From Elusimicrobium minutum (GTDB lineage Bacteria; Elusimicrobiota; Elusimicrobia; Elusimicrobiales; UBA9959), in NCBI GenBank assembly GCA_020723765.1, contig DYIF01000004.1, forward strand, positions 10,199 through 74,198: a stretch of 64,000 nucleotides of DNA, read 5' to 3'. Each line of letters opens with the position of its first letter. Position 1 is the stretch's first letter. The notes below the pieces were generated by a model that searched no databases, had not been told where the DNA came from, and saw only the letters and a program-made list of their open reading frames with translations. Shown piece after piece: positions 1 to 9,928 of this stretch. A program made the position numbers and the translations under genes.

Positions 1-150
1 TATAAAAGTTTCGCAAGCTACTCTCGCTTTTTCTTTTTTGGAATCTTTTTCCAAAACTTCGTCCAAAACCGCGTCGGAAATTTGGTCGCAAACCTTATCG
101 GGGTGTCCTTCGGTAACCGATTCGGATGTAACTAATCTTATTTTTTCCAT
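1..150 (-). CDS. metK: S-adenosylmethionine synthetase, N-terminal 50 codons only (gene runs off the left edge)
   Basis: Own minus-strand translation from ATG at 150-148: [50 protein letters not shown]. The SESV-EGHPDK-CDQISDA and ARVACET blocks are the conserved MetK N-terminus. GGAGGAAGAA RBS at 160-151. Not in the ORF track because no stop lies in the window. Confidence 0.85.
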   Translation of the reverse strand, partial: MEKIRLVTSESVTEGHPDKVCDQISDAVLDEVLEKDSKKEKARVACETFI

Positions 151-167
151 TTCTTCCTCCTTAAAAA

Positions 168-1583
168 TCAAATAATAGATATTTCTCTGGCAAACTTCAT
201 AAGTTCTTTGGAATGTTTTTCGGTGTCTGTTTCCACATATATTCTTAATAGCGGTTCGGTGCCGCTGGGTCTTATTAAAAACCACCAGTCGTTTTCAAGT
301 ATGACCCTTATTCCGTCTATGGTCACTATTTCCTTTATGTTTTTATTCAAAACCGTTTTGGGAAGTCTGGATTTAACCTTCATTGCGTAAGAATATTTTG
401 AACTTGTCACTTTAAGAGTCGATATGTCTTCTCTTATAAAATTGGAAAACCCGTATGAGGATTCTATCTGTTTATATATATCCGAAACGTTTTTCTTGTA
501 GTTTGCCATCATCTCTATAAACAAAAGAGATGTGACAAGGCCGTCCCTATCCGGTATATTACCTTTCCAGCAATACCCCCCGGACTCCTCGGCTCCGAAT
601 ATGGTATCTCCGCCGATTATTCTGTCGGCTATATACTTAAACCCTACGGGGGTGAATTCAAAAAGCATGTTTTTTTCTCTGGCTATTCTATTTGTAAGAT
701 AACCTAAAGATACGGCCTGAACGACCCTTCCTTTCATGTTTTTTTTATCCGTCAAATAATTCAATATCATCGGAGCTACCTGCGCGGGAGTCATATAATT
801 GCCGTTATTATCGACAAGAGCGAATCTATCTCCGTCCCCGTCTAAAGCAAATCCGCAAACCGCTTTATTCTTTCTTACCTCTTCTTTTAGCCTCGTCATT
901 CTTTTTTCAACAGGCTCCGGAGCGCCGTAATCTCCAAATAGAGGGTCGTGTTCTTTGTTTATAGCTATCACGTTTCTACATCCCTCAAAAACCATATCGA
1001 AAACATCCCCGGCGCTTCCGTACATCAAATCGAAAACCACTTTCCCTTTTATGTTAGATAAAAGATTTTTAATATTGAATCTTTTTATCAAATAACCGGC
1101 GTATTCTTTTCTTTTATCCGCGGTCTCTATCGGTTTTTTGGGATTTTTAGATATGTGAGACTTAACGTTTTTCTCTATATAAAGCTCTATCTCGGCGGTC
1201 ATCTGAGGATAAGCGCTTCTTCCTTGATATTTTATTTTTACTCCGTTATAAGAATAGTTATTGTGGCTTGCGGTAATCACCACTCCGAAAAGATAATCTT
1301 TTGTGGTAAGATAACTCACCATGGGAGTGGGAACCGGGGTATTGGAAACCACGCAGTTTATGTCGTTATTTATTAAAACCGTCGCAAATTCTTTAGCGAA
1401 CTTATCGGATAAAAATCTTCTGTCGTATCCTATGAATACTTTAAGTTCGGAATTTTTAAATCCTTTATGGGCAAGCCAATCCGAAAAACCCTGAGCTATT
1501 CTTCTTACGTTTTCGTAATTAAAACTATCGCTTATTACTCCTCTGAAACCGTCGGTACCGAAACTTATTTTTTGAGCGTTCAT
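168..1583 (-). CDS. alpha-D-phosphohexomutase (phosphoglucomutase/phosphomannomutase family)
   Basis: ORF 168..1697 trimmed to Met39 (ATG 1583-1581, [15 protein letters not shown]). Has the phosphoserine loop [11 protein letters not shown], the Mg site DGDGDR and the sugar loop GEESGG. Confidence 0.9.
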   Translation of the reverse strand: MNAQKISFGTDGFRGVISDSFNYENVRRIAQGFSDWLAHKGFKNSELKVFIGYDRRFLSDKFAKEFATVLINNDINCVVSNTPVPTPMVSYLTTKDYLFGVVITASHNNYSYNGVKIKYQGRSAYPQMTAEIELYIEKNVKSHISKNPKKPIETADKRKEYAGYLIKRFNIKNLLSNIKGKVVFDLMYGSAGDVFDMVFEGCRNVIAINKEHDPLFGDYGAPEPVEKRMTRLKEEVRKNKAVCGFALDGDGDRFALVDNNGNYMTPAQVAPMILNYLTDKKNMKGRVVQAVSLGYLTNRIAREKNMLFEFTPVGFKYIADRIIGGDTIFGAEESGGYCWKGNIPDRDGLVTSLLFIEMMANYKKNVSDIYKQIESSYGFSNFIREDISTLKVTSSKYSYAMKVKSRLPKTVLNKNIKEIVTIDGIRVILENDWWFLIRPSGTEPLLRIYVETDTEKHSKELMKFAREISII

Positions 1584-1656
1584 TTCGCACCTCTTTTTTA
1601 TAAATATATTAAAGATTATTTTACCATTTTTAAAATAAAATTTGTAAAATATAATT

Positions 1657-2058
1657 ATGATATCCATAGTAAAACAATATACGGTTTTCCTGCCCAATAA
1701 ACCCGGGGCTCTTCACGGGTTTATAGAGCTGTTTGCAAAAGAGCAAATAAACATAATAGGAATATCCTCGGAAATACACGACGAATCGGGGATAGTGAAA
1801 ATAGCCGTGGATTCCGACAAAAAGCTAAGCTATATTCTTACCAGGGCCGGTTTTACCACTCTTGAAACGACTATGATATCCATATCTCTTCCGGACCAGC
1901 CCGGAGAGCTTATAAAATTAACGAAACTGTTAGCCGAAAACGAGATTAACATAACAAGCATCTACGGAACAGCTTCAAACTGCCCGTCCAGGATTTTAAT
2001 AAACGTTTCGGATATAGAAAAGACAATCAAAATATTAAAAGAAACTTACCAGCAATAA
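1657..2058 (+). CDS. tandem ACT-domain protein (small-molecule binding)
   Basis: 133 aa with two repeats of the ACT-like pattern (LPNKPGALHGFIELFAKEQINI and LPDQPGELIKLTKLLAENEINI). Confidence 0.7.
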   Translation: MISIVKQYTVFLPNKPGALHGFIELFAKEQINIIGISSEIHDESGIVKIAVDSDKKLSYILTRAGFTTLETTMISISLPDQPGELIKLTKLLAENEINITSIYGTASNCPSRILINVSDIEKTIKILKETYQQ

Positions 2059-2060
2059 AT

Positions 2061-3734
2061 TTATTCCTTTCTTCTATCCATTATGTAAGAACTTTCGTTG
2101 GTTAGTTTCGCCGCTTTTTTTAACTCGCTTCCGATATGGCTAATTTGAGCGTAAGATGTGAGAGGTTTATGCTGGTTATGGACTATCCCTATGCTGACTC
2201 CCAAAAGCGGAAACTGAGCCATATTCCCCAATCTGTCTTTGGTTATTATGTATCCGTTTTTTCTATCGGCTTCGTTATAAAAAGAAGGGACTATCTGATT
2301 GAAATTGTTTATTATTTTTCTCGCGACCTCTTCGGCCCTTTCTATCGTGGTAATGGCTATAAAATCGTCTCCTCCTATATGACCTATGAAATCGAGAGAT
2401 GATGGATTTGGCATAACCACTTTCACAAGTATATTGGCCAATGTCTTTATAACCTTATCCCCGGCCTCAAAACCGTATACGTCGTTATACGCTTTAAAAT
2501 TATTTAAATCTATATACAAAACAGCAAATTTTTCTTTTCTTTCTATGGCTTTTTCAATTCTCGATTGTATGGAAGGGTTACCGGGAAGTTTAGACAACGG
2601 ATTGGTATCCAGAACCTGTTTATTCCTTTTTACAATCATCCTGATTCTCGCTATAAGTTCGTCGTTATCTACGGGCTTTGTCATATAATCGTCTATACCC
2701 ATCATAAGCCCTTTTATTTTGGTTTCTTTATCGGCCTTAGCGGTAACTATTATTATCGGTATGTGAGAATAAACGGGGTTATTTTTTATTTCGGTTGCGA
2801 CCTCAAGCCCGTTTTTAAAAGGCATATTATAGTCCAAAACGGCAACATCGGGGTTAAACTCGTAAATTTTTTCTACGGCTTCTTTACCGTCGACCGCGCT
2901 AAAAACCACAAAACCGGCGCTCTCTATCGATTCCTTCATAAGCATTAAAAGCTCTATCTGGTCGTCGGCCAAAAGAACCTTGGGCTTATACCCGCCGACA
3001 TTAAAACTTTCGGATAACGCCCCTTCGACTATTTCTCTTATAAAATCCGGCGTTATGTCTCTGGAAACATATTCGGGGTGGCCGCTTATTACTCCTCTTT
3101 CGTTAAATTTGTTAAATTCCATGGCGGATATGACTATTATAGGTATATCCGATGTTTTTTTATCTTCCGAAAGTTCCCCCAATATCTCAAAACCGTCTTT
3201 CTCCGGCATCATCAGATCTAAAAAAATAATCGAAGGTTTGGCGCTTACCGCAGTATCGAAGACCTTTCTTGAGTCGTTTATTACTACGGATTTATAACCG
3301 TTAGACTCTACAAATATTCTCATAAGTTCCAAAAACTCCGCGTCGTCGTCCACTATCATTATGGGCCTTATATTATCTTCGACATTGGTATCTATTATTC
3401 TTTTCAGCTCGTCAAAATCTACGGGTTTCTTTATATACCCTCTTACTTTAGGCGAACCGCCCACTATCAAGTCCATTTTTTTGTTTTGAGAAAGCATTAT
3501 TATTTTTTTGTCCGAAAGTTTCGCGCTATTTTTCAAGGCTTCGGATATTTCAAAAAAATATTTTGAAACCGAAATTATATCCACTATTATAAGATCCGGC
3601 TCGAAATTTTCCATTTCTTCTATCGAATTTTCTTTATAGGTAAGAAGTTTTATATTGTAATTCAAATCAAGAGCTTTTATTACTTTTTCGTTCAAAACCA
3701 AATCGTCGCTTAACACCGCGATTTTTTTAGCCAT
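2061..3734 (-). CDS. multi-receiver response regulator with C-terminal GGDEF (diguanylate cyclase) domain
   Basis: 557 aa. One degenerate and two canonical REC domains (IVDDD...LDLMMP...KP; LLADD...LDYNMP...TKP), then a GGDEF domain with GGDDF in HIGGDDFIAI. No RxxD I-site five residues upstream. Confidence 0.85.
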   Translation of the reverse strand: MAKKIAVLSDDLVLNEKVIKALDLNYNIKLLTYKENSIEEMENFEPDLIIVDIISVSKYFFEISEALKNSAKLSDKKIIMLSQNKKMDLIVGGSPKVRGYIKKPVDFDELKRIIDTNVEDNIRPIMIVDDDAEFLELMRIFVESNGYKSVVINDSRKVFDTAVSAKPSIIFLDLMMPEKDGFEILGELSEDKKTSDIPIIVISAMEFNKFNERGVISGHPEYVSRDITPDFIREIVEGALSESFNVGGYKPKVLLADDQIELLMLMKESIESAGFVVFSAVDGKEAVEKIYEFNPDVAVLDYNMPFKNGLEVATEIKNNPVYSHIPIIIVTAKADKETKIKGLMMGIDDYMTKPVDNDELIARIRMIVKRNKQVLDTNPLSKLPGNPSIQSRIEKAIERKEKFAVLYIDLNNFKAYNDVYGFEAGDKVIKTLANILVKVVMPNPSSLDFIGHIGGDDFIAITTIERAEEVARKIINNFNQIVPSFYNEADRKNGYIITKDRLGNMAQFPLLGVSIGIVHNQHKPLTSYAQISHIGSELKKAAKLTNESSYIMDRRKE

Positions 3735-3780
3735 AAAATAATTTTATCATATTAGAACGCCTGAAAAAATTGAAAGAAAT

Positions 3781-3860
3781 TTGTTCCTTTCGTACAACTT
3801 TAGACATTGAACATTCAACATTAATCTTTGAACATAGAACATTGAACATTAGACTTTGTG
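3781..3860. repeat. short-word intergenic repeat array (GAACATT/CAACATT/TAGAC words), locus 1
   Basis: Reads ttgttcctttcgtacaactttagacattgaacattcaacattaatctttgaacatagaacattgaacattagactttgtgg. This is the reverse orientation of the arrays at 17551-17689 and 50396-50515. Confidence 0.7.
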
Positions 3861-4184
3861 GTCGATTATTCCAAGAGTTATTTTTTTTGAATATTCTTTT
3901 AAAAACTCGTTTACAAAATTTACGCAGTCGTCAAAATCTTTTACAACTTTTAAATTCTTATCTTCCGCATAAAGAAGAATAACGATATCTTTCGAATCTA
4001 AAGAATGAAATCCTCTCATCATATCTATCAAACCGTCCCAATTGGAAACATAATCTGGGAAACCCATAGCTTTAGATATGGAAAGAATTAAAGATTTTTT
4101 GTCTAAACTATCGGGATTAATTTCGAAAACCAGGGGATTTTTGAAAGATTTTAAAAAATCTTTTTTGTCTTTTACGAGAATCAC
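3849..4184 (-). CDS. barstar-like ribonuclease inhibitor
   Basis: 111 aa, starting 3 nt after the RNase gene stop. GFPDYVSNWDGLIDMM resembles the barstar LPEYYGENLDALWDCL helix. The size and acidic composition fit. Confidence 0.65.
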   Translation of the reverse strand: MILVKDKKDFLKSFKNPLVFEINPDSLDKKSLILSISKAMGFPDYVSNWDGLIDMMRGFHSLDSKDIVILLYAEDKNLKVVKDFDDCVNFVNEFLKEYSKKITLGIIDHKV

Positions 4185-4186
4185 TT

Positions 4187-4741
4187 CTATTTCAGTTTTA
4201 TTTCTACAAAACTATCGTAATGCGTCGGAGTATAATAAACGGTTTTCCCTCCGCCTATTACTATTCTCTCCGCGCCTCTGGTCCCGTAAGAAGGGTATGC
4301 GGTGTATTTAACATCGCCTATGTAAAATTCGCTATCCGCGTCTTTTGGAATTAAAAGAGTATACTCCTGATAATATCCTTTGGGCATCTCCGGCAATCTT
4401 TTTTCTTTGTTTAGAAAAGTCTGACCGTCTTCTTTAAAAGGCAACGGTTCGCAATTGATTATTTTGGTTAATAACTCCACTATCGCTTTAACTCTTTTAG
4501 GGTCTGAAATTTTAGGATAAACATCCGTACCGTAATTAAGACCTTGATTTTGATATTTGCAAACGTCTTTATTTGAAACCTCTACGCTTATTTCTATGCT
4601 TTTAGGTTGAGGCAAAACCGAGAAATCGGTTTTGTTAAAATAATTCGAAATCTGGTTGACGGGGTTTTTTTGTACCGCATTTTCGGCGGTTAAAAAAAGA
4701 GGGGAAACGAGAAGACCAAGATATATTAATAAGTTTTTCAT
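4187..4741 (-). CDS. secreted guanyl-specific ribonuclease (RNase Sa/barnase, microbial N1/T1 family)
   Basis: Signal peptide MKNLLIYLGLLVSPLFLTAENA. C-terminal PLPFKEDGQTFLNKEKRLPEMPKGYYQEYTLLIP...GTRGAERIV...YYTPTHYDSF aligns by eye with RNase Sa PFPYSQDGVVFQNRESVLP..YYHEYTVITP..RGTRRII..YYTGDHYATF. The catalytic Glu and His positions are kept. Confidence 0.85.
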   Translation of the reverse strand: MKNLLIYLGLLVSPLFLTAENAVQKNPVNQISNYFNKTDFSVLPQPKSIEISVEVSNKDVCKYQNQGLNYGTDVYPKISDPKRVKAIVELLTKIINCEPLPFKEDGQTFLNKEKRLPEMPKGYYQEYTLLIPKDADSEFYIGDVKYTAYPSYGTRGAERIVIGGGKTVYYTPTHYDSFVEIKLK

Positions 4742-4870
4742 ACCATATTGTTGATCTTGAAAAAGCGATATTCAAGGACCAAAGCCTCAGTTTTCAATGC
4801 CCTAAAGTCCCATAAGAAAATGAATCTTAAAAACCTTTTAATAATTCCTTTTAAAAAATAGAATATTAAT

Positions 4871-6031
4871 ATGAGACTTAAACTTTTTGTTTTGATTGCA
4901 TTTTTATATTCCGTCGAAATATACTCAAAAGATAAGGGCCTTGAATTAAAAGAATTTGAGATACAAAAGCCTAATTACGAAATTACCGGAGGAAAATGGT
5001 GGAGCTCTAATCTTTTCGGAAACGTCCATAAAAAAATAACAAAAAAAGCTTACGAATTGATAGACAAAAAAGAATACCCCGATATATATTATTTTAAAGA
5101 CGATATAATAGACGGCTCATACGACGAGGAAGGTCATCCGGATATAAAACATAACGGAGGAGATGTTTATTCCATATGGTTTAGCTCGAAAGTAATATAT
5201 GAAAACAATTACGATAGGCTAAATATCGAAAAAGACGGTTTATCGGTAAGAAGAACAATAGGAGTTTTATTGCACTATGCAAATATGGATTTTAAAACGG
5301 CATACGAAAATCTGGGTGTCATATGTCATCTTACTCAGGACCAGGCCACTCCGGTCCACGCGGCGAACATAAAACATTCTTTTAGCGACCAGTTTGAAAT
5401 GTTTTACTCAGAAGATTTTAAAATAGATTTGTCCGGTTTTAACGAACAAATACCGGAACTAAACCCCTGGGAATACTACCAATGGACTCAGGACGACACG
5501 AGAAAACGCGTAAATAACTGGATAGATCCCGAAAACAAAAAACCTTACTGGCAACAAAATAAAGACGCTCCTCCTTTGGGAAAGGATTCCACATTCGGGC
5601 CGTACGGTTCTTACGGTGGAGGCAAGGACCATTTCGCAAAGAATGTTTGCGAAGAAAACTACGACGGACAAGAAAACTGCAAACTCGTTCCAAAAAGCCC
5701 CGAGATAAGAAAAAGACAAATTTCCGTAGCGGTTTACGCGACCGCAATGACTCTAAAATCGGCGTCTAAGAAACTTCCCCCGCTGATATCCGAAACAAAT
5801 ATTCAAGGAACAAAATTAAATTTCAAGGTTTTGGAAAACAGATGTTCCGATTTGAAATATAAAATATATAAAAACAACGAGATAATAGCGGAGTCGGCAA
5901 TAAATTTAAATCTTCAATCTTTTCCCTTCTCTCGAGAAATATCGGTAGATTTAAAAACGAAAGGCGGTTTTAAAATAGAACTCATAGACTGCGACGAAAA
6001 CGCTACGATAAAATATTTATTTATCGAATAG
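4871..6031 (+). CDS. secreted zinc-dependent phospholipase C-like / P1-nuclease-like domain protein
   Basis: Signal peptide MRLKLFVLIAFLYSVEIYS. LGVICHLTQDQATPVHAANI resembles the PLC zinc-site block LGEAMHYFGDIDTPYHPANV. The C-terminal ~90 aa are unassigned. Confidence 0.6.
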   Translation: MRLKLFVLIAFLYSVEIYSKDKGLELKEFEIQKPNYEITGGKWWSSNLFGNVHKKITKKAYELIDKKEYPDIYYFKDDIIDGSYDEEGHPDIKHNGGDVYSIWFSSKVIYENNYDRLNIEKDGLSVRRTIGVLLHYANMDFKTAYENLGVICHLTQDQATPVHAANIKHSFSDQFEMFYSEDFKIDLSGFNEQIPELNPWEYYQWTQDDTRKRVNNWIDPENKKPYWQQNKDAPPLGKDSTFGPYGSYGGGKDHFAKNVCEENYDGQENCKLVPKSPEIRKRQISVAVYATAMTLKSASKKLPPLISETNIQGTKLNFKVLENRCSDLKYKIYKNNEIIAESAINLNLQSFPFSREISVDLKTKGGFKIELIDCDENATIKYLFIE

Positions 6032-6032
6032 A

Positions 6033-6971
6033 TTATTTTATTCCCAACTCTTTTTTAAAATACTCTACGGTTTTACCAAGACCGTCTTCAAGCGCGATTT
6101 TAGGTTTCCATTTAAGATGTTTTTGCGCCATTGTTATATCCGGTCTTCTAACCTTGGGGTCGTCGACAGGCAAAGGTTTAAAAATTATCTTTGAACGGCT
6201 TTTTGTCACTTTTTTGACTTTTTCGGCGAGCTCTAAAAGCGTAATCTCCTCGGGGTTTCCTATGTTAACAGGCGTATTTATATCGCTTAAAAGAAGTTTA
6301 TAAATACCTTCCACAAGGTCCGAAACATAACAAAGGCTTCTTGTTTGTTTACCGTCTCCGTATACCGTTATCGGTTTGTTTTTTAAGGCCTGAGTCATAA
6401 AATTCGGTATCGCCCTTCCGTCGGAAATCCTCATATTTGGACCGTATGTGTTAAATATTCTGGCTATCCTGATTTGCAATTTATGATACCTATGGTATGC
6501 CATACTCATCGCTTCGGCAAACCTTTTGGCTTCGTCGTATACCCCTCTCGGACCTATGGGATTTACGTTTCCCCAGTAAGATTCGGGTTGAGGATTTACC
6601 TCCGGGTCCCCGTAAACTTCCGATGTAGATGCCAGCATAAACACGGCTTTTTTTTCTTTGGCAAAACCCAAAACTTTATGAGTCCCCAACGCCCCGACTT
6701 TAAGCGTCGGTATGGGATACCTCATGTAATCCGCGGGACTTGCCGGACTTGCGAAATGCAAAACTGCATCGACTTTGCCGGGGATGTGAATATAATTTGT
6801 AACGTCGTATTTGACAAACTCAAATTTAGAGGTTTTAAAAAGGTCGGAAACGTTTTCTATCCTTCCGGTCAAAAGATTATCTATCGCCACGACATAATGG
6901 CCTTTTTCTATGAAATACCTCGACAGATGGCTTCCCAAAAATCCGCATCCGCCGGTAATTACTATTCTCAT
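6033..6971 (-). CDS. uxs: UDP-glucuronate decarboxylase (UDP-xylose synthase), SDR family
   Basis: [11 protein letters not shown] Rossmann motif. Also [16 protein letters not shown] (YxxxK), [23 protein letters not shown] and NIGNPEE, collinear with UXS enzymes as I remember them. Confidence 0.85.
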   Translation of the reverse strand: MRIVITGGCGFLGSHLSRYFIEKGHYVVAIDNLLTGRIENVSDLFKTSKFEFVKYDVTNYIHIPGKVDAVLHFASPASPADYMRYPIPTLKVGALGTHKVLGFAKEKKAVFMLASTSEVYGDPEVNPQPESYWGNVNPIGPRGVYDEAKRFAEAMSMAYHRYHKLQIRIARIFNTYGPNMRISDGRAIPNFMTQALKNKPITVYGDGKQTRSLCYVSDLVEGIYKLLLSDINTPVNIGNPEEITLLELAEKVKKVTKSRSKIIFKPLPVDDPKVRRPDITMAQKHLKWKPKIALEDGLGKTVEYFKKELGIK

Positions 6972-6978
6972 ATCTTTT

Positions 6979-8301
6979 TTAAGGCCTTCCGACCGAAATA
7001 TAAGTAAAACCGATATCTCTCATTTCTTTCGGATTATAAAGATTTCTTCCGTCTATCATAACCGGATGTTTTACCATTTTGAAAACTTTTTTGAAATCTA
7101 TTTTTTTAAACTCGTCCCACTCGGTCACAAGACATACGCAATCCGAATCCTTAACGCAATCGTATGGGTTTTTGGCGAAATATATTTTATTTCCGAATAT
7201 CTTTTTAGCGTTATCCATAGCTACCGGGTCGTATGCTTTTATCTTAGTGCCTTTGGAAACAAGCGAGTTTATTATGTCTATGGAAGGGGCAAATCTCATA
7301 TCGTCGGTTTTGGGTTTGAATGCAAGACCCAAAATTGAAACAACCTTTCCGTTTAGATTCCATAGCTCCGACTCAACTTTTTTTACAACCCACATCTTTT
7401 GTTCTTCGTTTATTCTTTTGACTTCTTTAAGCATCTCAAAATCGTAACCTTTTTGTTTGCTAAGCCAGTAAAAAGCTTCTAAGTCCTTCGGAAAACAAAA
7501 TCCGCCAAATCCTATTCCGGCCTTTAAAAAATCCGGACCTATTCTTTTATCAAGCCCCATACCTTTGGCCACAAGCTCCACATTCGCACCGGTCTTTTCG
7601 CATAGATTGGCTACGGCGTTTATAAAAGAAATTTTAGTCGAAAGAAACGAATTGGATGCGTGTTTTATCAACTCCGCGCTTTTTACGTCGCATACAAGCA
7701 ATGGGTATTTGGATAGCGGTTTATATATCCTTCTCATCAATTTCTCAGCCCTTTCGCTGGATACCCCCACCACCACTCTGTCCGGCTTTAAAAAATCGTT
7801 TATGGCCACCCCTTCTTTTAAAAACTCGGGGTTAGAACATACGTCGAACGGTATGTTTTTCTTGTTATACCTTCTCATCGTTTTTTCTATCCATAAACAG
7901 GTCTCCACCGGTACCGTGGACTTTTCCACTATAACGGTATAGTCGCTCATATTTTCGGCTACTTCCGCCGTAACCTTCTCCACCGCGCTTAAATCCGCGG
8001 AACCGTCGTCTCTGGGAGGCGTTCCCACCGCTATAAAAACCGCTTCCGTTCTAATCCCGTCGTAATGCATCGCCTCTTTTATGCTCGTGGTAAAAAACAA
8101 TCTGCCCGCTTTTACGTTCTTCTTTACAAGCTCTTCAAGCCCCTCTTCGTATATCGGCATCCTATTCTTTTTAAGCATCTTTATCTTGTTTTCGTCGTTA
8201 TCCACGCATATGACTCTGTGTCCCATTTCGCTAAAACAAGCTCCGCTTACAAGCCCCACATAACCGGTTCCTATCACCGCTATATTAACGGAATCTTTCA
8301 T
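6979..8301 (-). CDS. ugd: UDP-glucose 6-dehydrogenase
   Basis: N-terminal [14 protein letters not shown]. Catalytic-Cys block [10 protein letters not shown]. 440 aa with typical Ugd/TuaD architecture. Confidence 0.9.
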   Translation of the reverse strand: MKDSVNIAVIGTGYVGLVSGACFSEMGHRVICVDNDENKIKMLKKNRMPIYEEGLEELVKKNVKAGRLFFTTSIKEAMHYDGIRTEAVFIAVGTPPRDDGSADLSAVEKVTAEVAENMSDYTVIVEKSTVPVETCLWIEKTMRRYNKKNIPFDVCSNPEFLKEGVAINDFLKPDRVVVGVSSERAEKLMRRIYKPLSKYPLLVCDVKSAELIKHASNSFLSTKISFINAVANLCEKTGANVELVAKGMGLDKRIGPDFLKAGIGFGGFCFPKDLEAFYWLSKQKGYDFEMLKEVKRINEEQKMWVVKKVESELWNLNGKVVSILGLAFKPKTDDMRFAPSIDIINSLVSKGTKIKAYDPVAMDNAKKIFGNKIYFAKNPYDCVKDSDCVCLVTEWDEFKKIDFKKVFKMVKHPVMIDGRNLYNPKEMRDIGFTYISVGRP

Positions 8302-8322
8302 AAAAACTCCTTTATATAAACC

Positions 8323-9489
8323 TTATTTACAATCTACCGACGTGCTTCCTATTTCTTTATTGGCGATAAGCTCGCATGCCCTTCTTTTCTCCGCAAGGCT
8401 CATAAAATATATGGCCACAAAAATAAGTAAAAGAGCGGACCAATCTTCGTTTTTAGGTTTTTTCATATCGAAAAAAAGCCAGAGGAATATGGTGGAAGCG
8501 GTCCCGGCGACAAGCGAAGTAACCCTGTTTACAAGACCCGCGAAAGTAGCGGTTCTTCCTTTAAACATAAAAAGAAAAACGGAAAAAAAAGCGGCTATAC
8601 CGAAAGGAATGCCGCTTCCGATTATCATAGCCCATTTATCCGGGACATTATCGAAAGAGTTTTTAAACTGATATGCGAAAGTCTTTGTGTAATTCGGCAA
8701 ACTGATATCCACGTTTGCGCTATAATAATAAACTACTCCGACGATAACTATAAAAAGGGTGCTCGCTATTTGTTCTATGGCAAAAAAACCTTTGGTATCG
8801 TATATTGCTCCCTTCGGCCTTGTATTTTTATAATAATTCATTATATAAAGCCTTATGGAATATGCCGTAAGATAAAAACTGAGTATCGTCATAGCTGCGA
8901 CGTTTTTTAGAAAGTCAAAGTCCCCCGGGTTTACTTTAAAAAACTCCAATTTAAAACCTTCCGAAGTATTTACCTTAACAAAAAGCTGGACGCTTAACGC
9001 TAAAACCGCAAAAAGAGCGCCTACATTTTCTTCCCAGAAAACCTTTTTCTTTAAAATCCCCTGCCATATCTGTATCTGGTCTATTATTCTGCTTATTATT
9101 ATTATGCTCGCCCTCATTATCACCATTGCGACCATAACGGATATCGGAAGGGTATACATTAGAGTGGTTGTGGGTATAACCACTGCCGTGCATATACCGG
9201 AAGGAATTATATACAAAAACTCTTTAGGCATATTTATACCTAAGAATTTTATGTAATTTGAGGATTTGAATTTATACCATTTGAATATAAGAACGACAAG
9301 AACGCATATCAACATACCGCCCATTGTGTTATAAACGGTAAAAACCGTGCCGTCGACACCGTATGCGAGCTGCATTCTTTTTGTCATCATCGTATATATT
9401 ACGTACATCGCAAAGTATAAGAAAGAATACTGAACGAGTCTTTCGGTGGAACCGTCCTCGGTTTGTCCAAAAATTTTAAGCCAGTTCAT
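8323..9489 (-). CDS. polytopic membrane protein (about 10 TM), function unknown
   Basis: 388 aa with alternating hydrophobic segments throughout. 4-nt overlap with the upstream REC gene and 21 nt upstream of ugd. Confidence 0.6.
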   Translation of the reverse strand: MNWLKIFGQTEDGSTERLVQYSFLYFAMYVIYTMMTKRMQLAYGVDGTVFTVYNTMGGMLICVLVVLIFKWYKFKSSNYIKFLGINMPKEFLYIIPSGICTAVVIPTTTLMYTLPISVMVAMVIMRASIIIISRIIDQIQIWQGILKKKVFWEENVGALFAVLALSVQLFVKVNTSEGFKLEFFKVNPGDFDFLKNVAAMTILSFYLTAYSIRLYIMNYYKNTRPKGAIYDTKGFFAIEQIASTLFIVIVGVVYYYSANVDISLPNYTKTFAYQFKNSFDNVPDKWAMIIGSGIPFGIAAFFSVFLFMFKGRTATFAGLVNRVTSLVAGTASTIFLWLFFDMKKPKNEDWSALLLIFVAIYFMSLAEKRRACELIANKEIGSTSVDCK

Positions 9490-9893
9490 TTAGCCTCCTT
9501 ATTGGTTCTATTTGAATATTTTCTTATTATGTTTTTTATTTTATCGGAAAGTTCTATTATATCGAAAGGTTTTATCACATAATCCGTAGCGCCGAAAAGC
9601 ATTGCGTCGTTTAAAGTGGCGGCATCGGCGAGTCCGCTTACGGTTATTATCGGTATGGACGAAAGATTGTCGTTAGACCTTATCTCCCTGATAAAACTTA
9701 TGCCGTCCAAGTTAGGCATCATTATATCCATAAGTATCAAATCCGGCTTTTTTTGATTTGAAAAAAGAAATTCTTTGGCTTTTATGGGGTTAGAGAAAGC
9801 GCTAACTTCGAAATCGACGAGTCCGCTTTTATACATATCCAGAATGGTATCGTCGTCGTCGATCGCCACGATAAAATACCTTTTTGTTTCCAT
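9486..9893 (-). CDS. stand-alone CheY-like receiver protein
   Basis: IDDDD acidic pocket, LILMDIMMP phospho-Asp block, ITVSG, and the conserved Lys in YVIKP. Confidence 0.85.
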   Translation of the reverse strand: METKRYFIVAIDDDDTILDMYKSGLVDFEVSAFSNPIKAKEFLFSNQKKPDLILMDIMMPNLDGISFIREIRSNDNLSSIPIITVSGLADAATLNDAMLFGATDYVIKPFDIIELSDKIKNIIRKYSNRTNKEAK

Positions 9894-9928
9894 AACACTA
9901 TTTTACATAAATTTTATAAAATTTAATT

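Noticed and set aside
1584-1697. N-terminal extensions of the longest ORFs (pgm 1584-1697, pckA 36478-36546, envC-like 56538-56699, CsgG-like 39037-39120, MORN protein 20196-20207, aroQ 15895-15906)
   Set aside because: The extensions lack similarity to the conserved N-termini. They overlap upstream genes or promoters, and internal Met codons give canonical starts with RBS or ATGA coupling.
3770-3982. 70-aa plus-strand ORF spanning repeat locus 1 and the antisense strand of the barstar-like gene
   Set aside because: It starts inside the repeat array and then runs antisense to a well-supported gene. It is a shadow ORF typical of AT-rich sequence.
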